From: an uncultured Spirochaetota bacterium
GTDB taxonomy: Bacteria > Spirochaetota > Spirochaetia > SZUA-6 > CAVTHK01
Assembly: GCA_963734495.1 (NCBI GenBank)
Contig: CAVTHK010000005.1
Span: 96,001-160,000, forward strand
Reading direction: 5' to 3'
DNA length: 64,000 bases
In this document: positions 49,808 to 60,346 of the stretch, one piece after another
Layout of the letters: every line of letters begins with the position of its first letter
How positions within the stretch are numbered: position 1 is the stretch's first letter
Translations under genes and position numbers: made by a program
Notes under the pieces: model-generated
Seen by the model: only the letters and a program-made list of their open reading frames with translations
Told to the model about the DNA's origin: nothing
The model's database searches: none

Positions 49808-51722
49808 ATGGACAACTCGGTAGTCAAGGTGATGCAGTCGGTTGCCCGCGCGTACCCGGACAATGCGGCCCTGATGAGCCGGGACGGCCAGGGCAAGTGG
49901 GGCTCGATCACCTTCAGCGAGTTCGCGGCCCGTTTCGAGCGCGCCGGCGCCGGCCTCCTGGACTTCGGCGTCAAGCGGGGCGACCACGTCGGCATCATCT
50001 CGGACAACCGCAGGGACTGGATCATCGTCAACCTCGGCATCCTCGGCATCGGCGCGGCCGACGTGCCTCGCGGCTCGGACACGATGCCCGACGAGGCCCG
50101 CTACATCCTCAAGCACGCGGACTGCGCGATCACCTTCGCGGAGAACGCGGACCAGGTGCGCAAGATCCTCTCGCGGAAGGCCGACCTTCCCCTTCTCAAG
50201 TCCATCATCGTCTTCGACCCGGCCTTCCGGCCCGAGGCCTTCACGGAGCCGACGCTCGGCGTCAAGCTCTTCACGTTCGAGAGCATCATGGAGCGCGGAA
50301 AGGCGCTGCTCGCTCGCGACCCCGCGGCCTACCAGCGCGAGGTGGACAAGGGCCGGCCCGAGGACCTCGCCACGATCATCTACACCTCCGGCACCACGGG
50401 CGAGCCCAAGGGCGTCATGCTGACCCACGGCAACTTCCTCCACAACCTCCGCACGATCCCGAAGGCGATCCACGTCGGCCCGGGCGACGTCTTCCTCTCC
50501 GTTCTGCCGGTCTGGCACTCCTTCGAGCGCATCATCGAGAACTTCGAGCTGTCGCGGGGATGCACGCTGGCCTACTCCAAGCCCATCGGCAAGATCATGC
50601 TGGCCGACATGGCCGAGGTCAGGCCGACGATCATGGCCTCGGTGCCCCGGATCTGGGAAGGCGTCCGCTCCGCGATCTACCGCAACGTCAACGAAGAGGG
50701 CGGCATCAAGAAGGCCCTCTTCAATTTCTTCGTGTGGGTCGGCGGAGCGCACGCCACGGCGACGACCCTCGTGCGAGGCCTGTATCCGCAGTTCAGCCGC
50801 AGGTTCGCCGCGGTCGACTTTGCCCTCGGCATCCTCCCCTTCCTGCTGCTCTACCCGCTGCGGCTGCTGGGGAACCTGCTGGTCTTCAGCAAGATCAAGG
50901 CCCGCCTCGGCGGGAGGTTCCGGTTCACGGTCTCGGGCGGCGGCGCGCTGCCGGCTTACGTCGACCGTTTCTTCCAGGCGGTCGGCGTCCTGCTGCTCGA
51001 GGGCTACGGCCTGACCGAGACGACCCCCGTCGTGTCGGTGCGGCTCCAGGACCGTCCCGTTCCCGGGACCATCGGCCCCGCCCTCGACGAGCTGGAGGTC
51101 AAGCTCCTCGACCCGGAGACCGGCGCGCCCGTGCCTCCCGGCCGCAAGGGCGTCATCCACATCAAGGGACCCAACGTGATGAAGGGCTACTACAAGCGGC
51201 CCGACAAGACCGCCGAGGTGCTCACGCCCGACGGGTGGCTCAACACCGGCGACCTGGCGATGATGACGCACAAGGGCGAGATCAAGATCATCGGCCGCGT
51301 CAAGGAGACGATCGTGCTCCTCGGCGGCGAGAACGTGGAGCCCGTGCCCATCGAGGACACGATCCTGGAGAGCGATTACATCGACCAGGTCATGGTCGTC
51401 GGCCAGGACCAGAAGTTCCTCGCGGCCCTCGTCGTCGCCAACGACGAGGCGCTGGAGAAGTACGCCGCAGGCGAACGGGATCGCGTACCTGGGCATGGAC
51501 GACCTGCTGGACAACCCGCAGATCCAGGAGCTCATCTCCGACGAGATCAACTCGCGCGTCTGCGCAAAGCGGGGCTTCCGCGAGTTCGAGCGCGTGTTCC
51601 GCTTCAGGCTGCTGCGCAAGCGCTTCGAGCCGGGGGTCGAGCTCAGCGCCAAACAGTCCATCAAGCGCGACGTGATCGCCCGCATCTACGAGAAGGAGAT
51701 CGCAGCGCTCTTTGCCAGGTGA
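49808..51722 (+). CDS. Long-chain fatty acid-CoA ligase (frameshift near 51465)
   Basis: IYTSGTTGEPKG, EGYGLTET, GWLNTGD, GENVEP; C-terminus in a shifted frame. Confidence 0.88.
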
Positions 51723-51778
51723 AGGCGGGGGCCGGGGGCGCCGGCTCCGGCGCCGCCGGCCCGGCGGCCGCGGCGGCG

Positions 51779-54492
51779 CTACGTCGCCGCGGCGCGGAGC
51801 TCGGCCTCGATCCGCGCCACCCGCGACGCATCGACGGGGCCGCGGGCCTCGGCCTCGAAACGGTCCCTCACGTACCATCCCGTCGTGTCGATCACCGCGC
51901 CGCGCACGTCGCAGTCGAGCGAGGCGAGGCGCTTGGTGACGTCGTAGAGCAGCGCCGGCCTGTCCGTGCAGGACAGGTCGATCCGCAGGCCCCGCTCGCC
52001 GCTGCGCGCGACCGAGACGCTCGTCTCGCGGGCAAACGCGGCCGGGGGCCGGCGGCCGGGCTCTCTGAGGCTTCGCTCGATCTCGGTGACGACCCGGTCG
52101 AGCTCGGCCGGCCGAGCGATGTAGGCCTCGAAGGAGCGCCTGAGGTCGTCGATCCACTGCGACAGCTCCTTCTCCATGCGGCGCTCCAGGATGTCGTAGC
52201 CGTGCACGCCGGTGATCACGAACTCGTCGATCGCGGTGTCGCGGTAGGTGTGGATGTCGGCCCTGACGATGTCGGCGCCGCTCAGCAGGAGGATGCCGCT
52301 CATCAGGGCAAAGAGCCCGATCCGGTCGGGTGCGAGGATCTTCACCTTGAGGTGGTCGTTGAAGACGATGACTCTCAGGGCGAACCCCGGGCCGGACGAC
52401 CCGGCCGCGACGAGATCCGTGAAGCCCTGGTAATCGTCGACGATCTCCCTGGGCGCGTTGGTGGCGCAGTAGCGCGGCCCCAGGGCCCTGACGAAGTCGC
52501 CGACGCCGTCGTGCTGACCGGAGAGGGACGCGACAAGCTCCTCGACCCTGGCCCGCGCGTCGGCCGGGTCGGTCGGCCGGCGCGCCGCCCCGCCCCCGGC
52601 GCCCACGCCCGCGCCGCGGCCGACCGCCCTGGCCGCGCGCAGGAAGAGCGCCGCGAGCATCGTCGCCGCGTAGCCCGAGTAGGCGCGGGGGTTGGTGGCC
52701 GAGACGTCGGCGCAGGTCATCAGGTACAGGAACTCGAGGCTCTCTTCGGGGAACGGCGACAGTATGAACTCGCCCGCCAGGTGATCGATCACGCTCTGGT
52801 CGTCGGCGCCGCCCCGCCGGGCGAGATTGGAGAGCAGCAGGTGGTTCTCCACGAGGAAGACGATCATGTCCTTGAAGAGGCTTTCGGTAGGCAGGGAGCG
52901 CAGGAACCCCCTCGCCAGCTCCGCGCCGTTCTTCGCGTGGTCGCCGGGGTAGGCCTTGCCGGCATCGTGCAGCAGCAGGGCCAGCTTGACGACCCAGAGG
53001 TTGTCCCGGTACCTGGCGCACAGCTCCCCGGCGAGGCGGTGCTTCCCGGGATCGCTTTGCGGCCAGCGCGGGGAAGGCCTCGAGCGCCCGCACCGCCTCG
53101 ATGGAGTGCTGGTCCACGGTGTACTGGTGGAACGAGTTGTGGACGATCCGGTGCCTCACGAGGCGCAGGGGCCCGACATACACGTAGAGGAACCCCGAGA
53201 GCTCGAGGGCGTCCAGCGCGGCCGACGAATCGGGAAGCGAGAGGATCTCGCGGAACCTGAGGAACAGCTCCCGCGAGTCGGCGGGCAGCGCGCCGCCGGC
53301 CACGCCCGCGGCTAGCGCCCGCCGGCGGCGCCCCGGGGCGCTGCCCGCGCCGGGCGAGCTCGCGCGCCGCGCGCGCCAGCAGCGAGAGCAGCGAGCTGGA
53401 AGGCTCGGCCCGCTCCCGCGCGCACTCGAGCAGCGCGTCGAGCGCGCCGGACGACCGGGTCCGCCGCGTCGGCGGCACGCGACACGTGCAGCTTGCCATC
53501 GGCGATGAAGCAGCCCGGCGTTGCCGCCGGGCGGCGGCGCGGCGCCAGGTGCTCGAGCGTCAGGCGGTCGACCGCCTGGAGGAGCAGGACCAGGATGTCG
53601 GTGGCCTTCTCGTAGTAGCGTCGCATCAGCCGCGTCGCCTTCTCCTGGTCGTCCCCGCGGATGCCGAACGCGTCCGCCGCCAGGGGCTGGTAGCCGATGT
53701 GCAGGACGTCCTCGCGGCGGCCGGTGTGGAAGTGCAGCCGGTTCCTGTTGAACAGGACAAAGTCGTAGGCCCCGATGAGCCGCCTGAGCTCGGGGGGCTC
53801 GAAGAGCCGCGCGAGGCCGGCGCGGCCGCTCTCGCCCGCGAACGCGTAGGCGAGCCACATGAGCAGGTGGACGCTGCGCAGGCCGCCGGGGTTCGTCTTG
53901 AGGTTCGGCTCCTTGACGAGCACCTCGCCCGCGCGGTTGCGCATCACCGCGCGCAGCTCCGCGGCCCGCTCCCGCAGGAACCGCCGCCGGCTCCGCGCCA
54001 CGTCGCGCGCGAGCGCCGCGGTCATGCGCTCCGGCCGTCTCCGCGCCGCCGATGACGAGGCGGGCCGTAAAGAGCGAAGTGAGGAGATGGACGTCCTCAC
54101 GTGCGTCGGCGATGACCTCGCGGACGCTCCTCACGCTCGAGCCCAGCCGGTACCCGAGGTCCCACAAGCGTGTAGAGCAGGCCGGATATCAGCGCTGCCG
54201 TCTTCGCGTCGGGGGAGCGGGAGCCCAGCATCATCAGGTCGACGTCGGAAAACGGCGAGAGCTCGCCCCTCCCGTAGCCGCCGACCGCCATGACCGCCAG
54301 GTCCCCCGACGCGGCGAGGCCGCCCAGGCGGCCGATCACGGCGCGGATGACGGCATCCTTCCAGTCGGAAAGCCAGGTCGAGACGGCGAGCCCGCCGCCT
54401 GGCTGCCACTTCCCCAGGCTCTCGGTTGCGAGCCGCGCCGCGGCCTCCCGCTCGAGGGAGCGCACCGCGTCGACAAAACCGCCCCGCGGCAT
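51779..54492 (-). CDS. glnD: [Protein-PII] uridylyltransferase/uridylyl-removing enzyme GlnD (several frameshifts; start uncertain)
   Basis: Fragments in successive frames: AVGGYGRGELSPFSDVD, WDLG, EPNLKTNPGGLR, HQYTVDQH, LLHDAGK, two ACT domains (DRIGLF, DRPALL). Confidence 0.82.
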
Positions 54493-54561
54493 CTCCCGGG
54501 GGAGAGCCGCGAGGCGATCGATGTGTTCCCGCAGCGGAAGGGCCGACGGCCGGCGCGCGGC

Positions 54562-54901
54562 CTAGATGGCCAGGTCGCCGCGCTCGCCCGTGCGCACGCG
54601 GATCGCATCCGTCCACGTCGCTGATAAAGATCTTGCCGTCGCCGATCTGGCCGGTCTTCGCGATCGAGATGATGGTCGCCGCCGCCTTCTCGATGAGGTC
54701 GTCCTTGAGGACGATCTCGACCTTGACCTTGGGGATAAAGCGGACCTCGTACTCGCGGCCGCGGAAGAGCTCCTTCATCCCCTTCTGCCGCCCGTGGCCG
54801 CGGACGTCGGTGACGTTCATGCCCGCGTGACCGATCGCCTCCAGCGCCTCGACGACGGGCTCGAGCTTCTCGGGCCTGATGATCGCTTCGATTCTCTTCA
54901 C
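54562..54901 (-). CDS. glnK: PII nitrogen regulator GlnK (+1 indel near 54610)
   Basis: AIIRPEKL, GHGRQKG, T-loop Tyr51 (FRGREY), TGQIGDGKIF; corrected end AIRVRTGERG. Confidence 0.9.
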
Positions 54902-54917
54902 GGTATCCTCCCCTCCC

Positions 54918-56288
54918 TCACGCGTTCGACTCGAGCTGCTCGCCGTGCTGGCTGAGGTCGAGGCCCGAGCTCTGTTCGTCGTCGAGCGCCTTGACGCGGT
55001 TGCCCGTGATCACCTTTGTGAGAAGGTAGCAGACCACGGTGCCCACGACGGCGATCGCGACCGCGGCCACCACCGAGAGCAGCTGGATGCCGAGCTGCGC
55101 CCAGTTGCCGTACCACGCCCCCACGACGCTGTTCGCCACGGTCCCGGTCGCGAAGATGCCGGTGGCGATCGCGCCCCACATCCCGCCGAGGCCGTGAACG
55201 CTGAACACGTCGAGCGCGTCGTCGTATCTCATCCTCGACCTCACGAAGGCCATGAACGAGAACGATATGATGCTCACGACCGCGCCGATCGCAAGCGCCC
55301 CGCCGATCCCGACGTACCCGGAAGCCGGGGTGATCGCGACGAGCCCCGCCACGACTCCGGTCGAAGCCCCGACGACCGTCGGCTTCCCGTGCGAGATCCA
55401 CTCCAGGAACATCCAGGTGAGCGCGGCAAAGGCGGCCGCCGTGTTGGTGACGAGGAACGCGCTCCCCGCCACGCCGTTGGCTGCCACCGCGCTGCCGGCG
55501 TTAAAGCCGAACCAGCCGACCCACAGCAGCGCGGCGCCCACGAACACGAAGCCGATGTTGGCCGGCGGCTTGATCGGCTCCTTGCGGAACCCGAGCCTCG
55601 GGCCGAGGAGCAGGACCAGCACGAGAGCCGAGACTCCGGACGAGGTGTGGACCACCAGGCCTCCGGCAAAGTCGAGGGCGCCTTTGTTCCAGAGCCACCC
55701 TTCGGGGTTCCAGACCCAGTGCGCCAGCGGCGTGTACACGAGCAGCGACCAGAGGATGGAGAACACGAACCAGCCCCCGAAGGTCATCCGCTCGACGATC
55801 GCCCCCGAGATCAGCGCGACGGTGATGACGGCGAACATCATCTGGAACATGGAGTACACGCTTTCAGGGACGGTCGCCGCGTTGGGGTGCACGGAGGAGA
55901 CCCCGATCCCGTTGAGCATGGCGTATGTGAGGTCTCCGATCCAGGCCCGCACCCCGGCCTCGTGCGCCGGGTCGGGCGACGTCACGCCGAAGATCAGGCT
56001 GTACATTCCGATCACCCACAGGAGGCTCACGATGATGGCCGAGGCGAAGCTGTAGTAGATCGTCGAGAGCACGTTCTTCTTTCGCACGAGGCCGCCGTAG
56101 AACAGCGCCAGGGCCGGCACCGTCATCAGGAGCACGAGCGCCGCGGAGGTGAGGACCCAGGCCGTGTCCCCCGCGTTGATCGCCGCGGGAGCGGCTGCCT
56201 GGGCGGACGCTCCCATGGGGAGGAAGGCCAGGAACAGAGCCACGACCGGCAGGGCCGCGGCCCGCCGCAGATGGGACGGTCGTTTCAT
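54918..56288 (-). CDS. amtB: Ammonium transporter
   Basis: GDTAW, FQMMFA, DFAGGLVVH, GWFGFNAGS, DDALDVFSVHG; AAGGAG RBS. Confidence 0.95.
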   Translation of the reverse strand: MKRPSHLRRAAALPVVALFLAFLPMGASAQAAAPAAINAGDTAWVLTSAALVLLMTVPALALFYGGLVRKKNVLSTIYYSFASAIIVSLLWVIGMYSLIFGVTSPDPAHEAGVRAWIGDLTYAMLNGIGVSSVHPNAATVPESVYSMFQMMFAVITVALISGAIVERMTFGGWFVFSILWSLLVYTPLAHWVWNPEGWLWNKGALDFAGGLVVHTSSGVSALVLVLLLGPRLGFRKEPIKPPANIGFVFVGAALLWVGWFGFNAGSAVAANGVAGSAFLVTNTAAAFAALTWMFLEWISHGKPTVVGASTGVVAGLVAITPASGYVGIGGALAIGAVVSIISFSFMAFVRSRMRYDDALDVFSVHGLGGMWGAIATGIFATGTVANSVVGAWYGNWAQLGIQLLSVVAAVAIAVVGTVVCYLLTKVITGNRVKALDDEQSSGLDLSQHGEQLESNA

Positions 56289-56323
56289 GACTACTCCTTG
56301 GTTCATGTGATGCGTCCTTGAAT

Positions 56324-56339
56324 AGCAGGAATTGTGCCA
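56324..56339 (-). promoter_or_regulatory. Sigma54 (-24/-12) promoter TGGCAC-AATTC-CTGCT
   Basis: Matches TGGCAC-N5-TTGC(A/T) with one mismatch and correct GG/GC spacing, 35 nt upstream of amtB. Confidence 0.75.
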
Positions 56340-56511
56340 TTCATGGGAAGGGCAAAATTGAAGGGGCCCGTATCGCCGTTATCTGTCTTTCCCGGAGACG
56401 ATTAGCAGAATCGGAGCAGCGACGGCGCCCGGCCGCCGGGAAGATCGCCGCGAGCAGCGAGCCCACCGCCGCGTGGGAAGCAAAAGGGCGAGCTACGTCT
56501 TTGTAGCCTCT

Positions 56512-57810
56512 TCAGGCGCGCGGGTGAGCCATCGCCCGGCTCATGCGGTGCTCGCGGACGGTAGGCGACGCGAAGAAGACGATCACCGCGATCGCCGCGG
56601 CCGCGCTGCAGAGGACGAGCGTGACGGCGCGCGGGCCCGCGAGGTCGGCGCCCGCCCCCGCGATCACCGCGCCGACCGGCGACAGGCCCGCGTTCAGGGT
56701 CACGATGCCCATCACGCGGCCGCGCATCTCGTCGGGGATCGAGAGCTGCAGCAGCGTCTGGTTCGTCGTGAGGTAGATCATCTCGAAAAAGCCCGCGAGC
56801 GCGAGCAGCGGCAGCGCGGCGACGAGCTCCGTGGCGAACGAGAACGCGATGAGGGAGAGGCTCACCAGCAGGAGCGCCGCGAGCTGGATCATGCCGCGGC
56901 GCTCGAACCGGTCGAGCGACGCGCTGACGAGACCGCCGACGATCCCGCCGACCCCCACCGCCGACATCAGCACCCCGAGCACCTCGGGGCCGCCGTCGAA
57001 GACCACCTTGGCGTAGATCGGGGGGAGCGCCGAAAAGTTCGGGATGATGAAGAGGGGGAGGATCCATCCCATCAGGACAAAGGCCCGCGTGCCGCGGTGC
57101 GCCACCACGTGGCGCAGCCCGTCGCGGAGGCCGCCGCGCACGGCGGCCGCGCGCGCGTCGCCCGCCGACCGCGGCGGAAAGCTGATCCGCACGATCGTCG
57201 CCGCGATCAGCGCGTAGGCCGCGGCCTGCACGAGAAAGTTGCCGCCGGGCCCGAACCAGAGGATGAGGAAGCCGCCGAGGCCCGGCCCGAGCGAGCGCAT
57301 CACGGCCCACCCCGTCTGCACCAGCGCCACGGCGTTAGGCGCCAGGGCGCGCGGCACGAGCGAGAACACCATGGTCTGCCGCAGCGGCATGTCCACGGCC
57401 TGCGCGAGCCCGCCGAGGAACGAGAAGGCGAACAGCCACCAGATGTCGATCCGCCCGCGGAGGATGAGGAGCCCGAAGCCCAGGCTGAGCGCGAGGAGCC
57501 AGCCGTTGACGGCGACCATCAGGGGACGGCGCGAGACGCGGTCGATGGCGAGGCCCGCCGCGGGCGCGAGGCCGACCGTCGCGGCGGAGCGGACCAGGTT
57601 GACCGAGCCGAGCATCGTCCCCGAAGCGGTGATGTCATAGACGAGCCAGCTGAGCGTGACCTGCTGGATCCACTGGGCCGCGTTGGAGAGCGTCGTGCCG
57701 GTGAGGAGCAGGCGGAAATCGCGCAGGCCGAGGGACGCGAACGTCCGGCCCCGTTCGGCCGGCGCCGTGGCCGCCGAGCCCTCCGCTGCCTCCCGCGTCG
57801 TGATGCGCAC
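56512..57810 (-). CDS. MFS transporter
   Basis: RDFRLL, GLAIDRVSRR, DMPLRQ, RGRVMG; about 12 TMs. Confidence 0.88.
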   Translation of the reverse strand: MRITTREAAEGSAATAPAERGRTFASLGLRDFRLLLTGTTLSNAAQWIQQVTLSWLVYDITASGTMLGSVNLVRSAATVGLAPAAGLAIDRVSRRPLMVAVNGWLLALSLGFGLLILRGRIDIWWLFAFSFLGGLAQAVDMPLRQTMVFSLVPRALAPNAVALVQTGWAVMRSLGPGLGGFLILWFGPGGNFLVQAAAYALIAATIVRISFPPRSAGDARAAAVRGGLRDGLRHVVAHRGTRAFVLMGWILPLFIIPNFSALPPIYAKVVFDGGPEVLGVLMSAVGVGGIVGGLVSASLDRFERRGMIQLAALLLVSLSLIAFSFATELVAALPLLALAGFFEMIYLTTNQTLLQLSIPDEMRGRVMGIVTLNAGLSPVGAVIAGAGADLAGPRAVTLVLCSAAAAIAVIVFFASPTVREHRMSRAMAHPRA

Positions 57811-57959
57811 GCTAGTTGCCTTTCGGACCTCAGCGCGAAGCCTATACCGGACCGCCGGCACGCTCAAGGCACGCCGGGGCGATCGCGGCCGGGGATGCAC
57901 GAACGCCTTCAACTGGTTTATGCTCACGAACAACCGGCGCCGCCGGGGAAAGGAAACTC

Positions 57960-58700
57960 ATGATCGTCACTCCGGACATCGAACGACCCGCCAGGGACCT
58001 GGTGGAGGGCCTCTCGCACGTCGGCAGCGCGACCACGAGCGGCGAGCTGAGCCGGCTCGGGATCAGGGACCCGCACCTGCGCGGCCTCGTGGCGTGGACG
58101 CCGGGCAAGGCGGTGGTCGGACCCGCGCTGACGCTGCAGTTCATGCCGAAGCGGGAGGACCAGTACGGGCAGGACGAGTACGCGGACCCCGAGAGGCAGC
58201 TCCACCGTCACGCCCTCTACCACACGCAGCCCGGCGACATCATCGTCGTCGACGCGAGGGGCCACATGGGCAGCGGCGTCTTCGGCGACATGATGCTCAC
58301 CTACTTCAAGGGCCGCGGGGGGATCGCCGCGGTCGTCGACGGCTGCATCCGGGACTACCCGCGCGTCAAGAGGCTCGGGCTCGGGCTCTGGCTGCGCGGC
58401 GTGACCCCGAACTTCCACACGCAGACGGACCTCATGCCTTTTGCCGTGAACGTGCCCATCGCTTGCGGCGACACCCTCGTCATGCCCGGCGACCTCATCG
58501 TCGCGGACGAGGACGGCGCGGTGGTGGTCCCCATCAAGCTCGCTCCCCAGATCCTGGAGAAGGCGAGCACGCACGCGGAGTGGGAGGAGTTCTCGCGCAT
58601 GAGGCTCGGCGAGGGCGGCGACCTGCGCAGGTACTACCCGCTCTCCGACGCGGCGCGGCCGGAATACGAGGAGTGGAAAAAGAAGGCTCAGGGCCGGTAG
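57960..58700 (+). CDS. RraA family / HMG aldolase-like protein
   Basis: GPALTL, PGDIIVVDA, GVFGDMM, DGCIRD, PGDLIVADEDG. Confidence 0.85.
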   Translation: MIVTPDIERPARDLVEGLSHVGSATTSGELSRLGIRDPHLRGLVAWTPGKAVVGPALTLQFMPKREDQYGQDEYADPERQLHRHALYHTQPGDIIVVDARGHMGSGVFGDMMLTYFKGRGGIAAVVDGCIRDYPRVKRLGLGLWLRGVTPNFHTQTDLMPFAVNVPIACGDTLVMPGDLIVADEDGAVVVPIKLAPQILEKASTHAEWEEFSRMRLGEGGDLRRYYPLSDAARPEYEEWKKKAQGR

Positions 58701-58705
58701 AGCGC

Positions 58706-60346
58706 TCACTCACCCAGGCGGACCACGCGGTCCGCGACGGCGAGGTCCCGGCTGCGGTGGCTGATGACGACGAGCGTGCGGCCCCGCAGCCGTCTTTCGA
58801 CCGCGGCGAGGAGCCTGTCCGCCGCCCCGTCGTCAAGCCCCTCGGTCGGCTCGTCGAGGATGCAGATCGGCGCGTTCCTGAGCAGCGCGCGGGCCACGGC
58901 GATGCGCCGGACCTGGCCCGCCGACATCTCGGCGCCGCGCTCGCCCACGAGCGTGGCGAGGCCTTCGGGAAGCCCCCGCGCGAAATCAGCGAGCTGCGCG
59001 GTCTCCAGCGCGGACCAGAGCTCCTCGTCGGGCGCTGGGGCCGCGATCAGCAGGTTGTCCCGTATGCTCGCGTGGAACAGCCAGGGCGTCTGCGGCACGA
59101 CCGAGAAATGCCCGCGCGCGTCGTCGGAGAGCAACGAGCGAAGCTCGCGCCCGCCGATCCTGATGCTGCCCCGCTGGTAGTCCCAGAAGCGCAGCAGGAC
59201 TCCGACGAGCGAGCTCTTCCCCGCTCCCGTCGGTCCGACCACGGCGAGGCGGCTTGCCGCCGGCGCGTCGAGCGACAGGCCGCGGAGGACCCAGGGCAGC
59301 TCAGGGGCGTAGCGGAACCACAGGTCCCGGATCTCGAGTCCCGCGGCCGGCGCGACTCGCCCTCCGCCCCGCGGCTCCGCGACGGCGGGCTCCCGGTCGA
59401 TGATCTCGAACAGCCGCCGGGCCGCTGCGGCCGTTTCCCCCGACCTCTGGATGACGGACGGGAGCGGCATGATCGTCTCGAAGCTCGCCAGCACGAACAC
59501 CGTGAGCATCGCCATCGCGGCGGGCTCAAGCCCGCGCTCGACCGCGCCCGCCAGCAGCAGGGCCGCGGCCCACGCCGCGAGAGAGCCCGCAGCGACGATC
59601 CCCGCGTCGCCGGCGCCCTGCAGCGACGCGAGGCGGCGCTGCGCGCCGTCCAGGTCCCGGCCGGCGGCAGCGAGGAGGCCTTCGTGGGCGTCCGCGGCGC
59701 CGAGCGCGGTCAGCTCCGCCATCCCCTGGACCCCCTCGACGATCGAGGCGCGCAGGTCCGCGGCGCATGCGACCCGCCGCGCTCCCGGCCGCGCCGCGAG
59801 GCGCTGCAGGACGGCCGGCAGCAGGACCCCGCTCGCCGCGAGCGCGGCGAGATCGATCGCCGCGAGCCGGGCATCGAAGCGCAGGAGGAAGGCCGCGATG
59901 CACGCCGCGGCGAGCAGCGCGACCGCCGAGGGGACGACCCCGCGCACGTAGAAGTCGTCCAGCGTGTCGACGTCGGCGCGGAGGCGGCTCAGCAGGTCGC
60001 CCGCGCGGTGCCGCGAGAGCGCGGCCGGGGCGAGCGGCACCAGGCGCTCGTAGAACCAGGCTTTCAGATCGGAGAGGATCCTGAGCGTGGTCTCGTGGTT
60101 GACGAGACGCTCGGCGTACCGGCCCGCCGCGCGCGCGAGAGCGAGGGCGCGCACCCCGGCCGCGGGCAGCGCGTAAGCCACGACGATCCCCGTGGATCCC
60201 GCGATCGCCATGGTCGCGATGAACCAGCTCGAAAGCGCGAGCAGCCCGATGTTCGCGAGCAGCGTGAGCAGCGACAGGGCGACGCCCAGGAGCACCCAGC
60301 GCCAGCGGGCGAGGACGAGGAGCGCGAGGCGAAGGAGGTCCTTCAC
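58706..60346 (-). CDS. cydC: Thiol reductant ABC exporter subunit CydC
   Basis: LLALSSWFI, RYAERLVNH, GDLLSRLRADVD, GPTGAGKS, LDEPTEGLD. Confidence 0.92.
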   Translation of the reverse strand: MKDLLRLALLVLARWRWVLLGVALSLLTLLANIGLLALSSWFIATMAIAGSTGIVVAYALPAAGVRALALARAAGRYAERLVNHETTLRILSDLKAWFYERLVPLAPAALSRHRAGDLLSRLRADVDTLDDFYVRGVVPSAVALLAAACIAAFLLRFDARLAAIDLAALAASGVLLPAVLQRLAARPGARRVACAADLRASIVEGVQGMAELTALGAADAHEGLLAAAGRDLDGAQRRLASLQGAGDAGIVAAGSLAAWAAALLLAGAVERGLEPAAMAMLTVFVLASFETIMPLPSVIQRSGETAAAARRLFEIIDREPAVAEPRGGGRVAPAAGLEIRDLWFRYAPELPWVLRGLSLDAPAASRLAVVGPTGAGKSSLVGVLLRFWDYQRGSIRIGGRELRSLLSDDARGHFSVVPQTPWLFHASIRDNLLIAAPAPDEELWSALETAQLADFARGLPEGLATLVGERGAEMSAGQVRRIAVARALLRNAPICILDEPTEGLDDGAADRLLAAVERRLRGRTLVVISHRSRDLAVADRVVRLGE

